From a virus (Duplodnaviria > Caudoviricetes), in the IMG/VR virus record IMGVR_UViG_3300032281_000325, positions 1-26,987 of that record: 26,987 nucleotides of DNA. The stretch is one strand, 5' to 3'. This document shows, piece after piece, positions 26,890-26,987 of this stretch. Positions within the stretch are counted from its first letter, which is position 1, and the number at the start of each line of letters is the position of its first letter. The position numbers were made by a program, and so were the translations under genes. Under the pieces are notes generated by a model, which was given only the letters and a program-made list of their open reading frames with translations, was not told the DNA's origin and did no database searches.

Positions 26890-26987
26890 ATGGCAACAAT
26901 TTCACGTACAAACGGTGGTGCACGTAATCTAGGCACAGATGCAGCTAATATTGCAGTTACAGGCCGCACGCTTACACACTACACAGT
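26890..26987 (+). CDS. 3'-truncated late, probably structural, protein
   Basis: MATISRTNGGARNLGTDAANIAVTGRTLTHYT is open to the window end, with a strong RBS and a late promoter. Confidence 0.75.
   Translation, partial: MATISRTNGGARNLGTDAANIAVTGRTLTHYT

Noticed and set aside
1-26987. Stop-codon reassignment
   Set aside because: Genes are intact in code 11, and TAA, TGA and TAG (e.g. 8589-8591, 20387-20389) all end genes at sensible junctions.

Overview
This window is a segment of a large, AT-rich, tailed dsDNA phage genome with distant T4-like (myovirus or jumbo-phage) gene content, read in the standard genetic code. It is almost entirely + strand. From left to right it holds: (1) two early genes and an AAA+ ATPase behind near-consensus sigma70 promoters; (2) an intergenic double-hairpin element; (3) a replication block with a UvsW helicase, a probable clamp-loader small subunit, a probable Zn-finger gp59-like helicase loader and a 190-aa minimal DnaE-type polymerase; (4) a late structural cassette with an Ig-like baseplate protein and two long fibre genes, each followed by a LamG/ConA lectin gene, behind T4-like TAAATA late promoters; (5) primase and a gp41/DnaB helicase; (6) late genes for probable capsid-packaged proteins, one with ligase-family motifs. 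Modification-type accessory genes (SGNH, 2OG-Fe(II), glycosyltransferase-like, methyltransferase-like) are wedged between core genes. The most striking uncatalogued signal is a candidate ~80-nt small RNA (about 2393-2472) behind a late-type promoter, whose hairpin loop is complementary to the ribosome-binding regions of the three upstream early genes. Most other early or middle genes appear leaderless and so would escape it. All family assignments come from motif recognition by eye, with no database searches.
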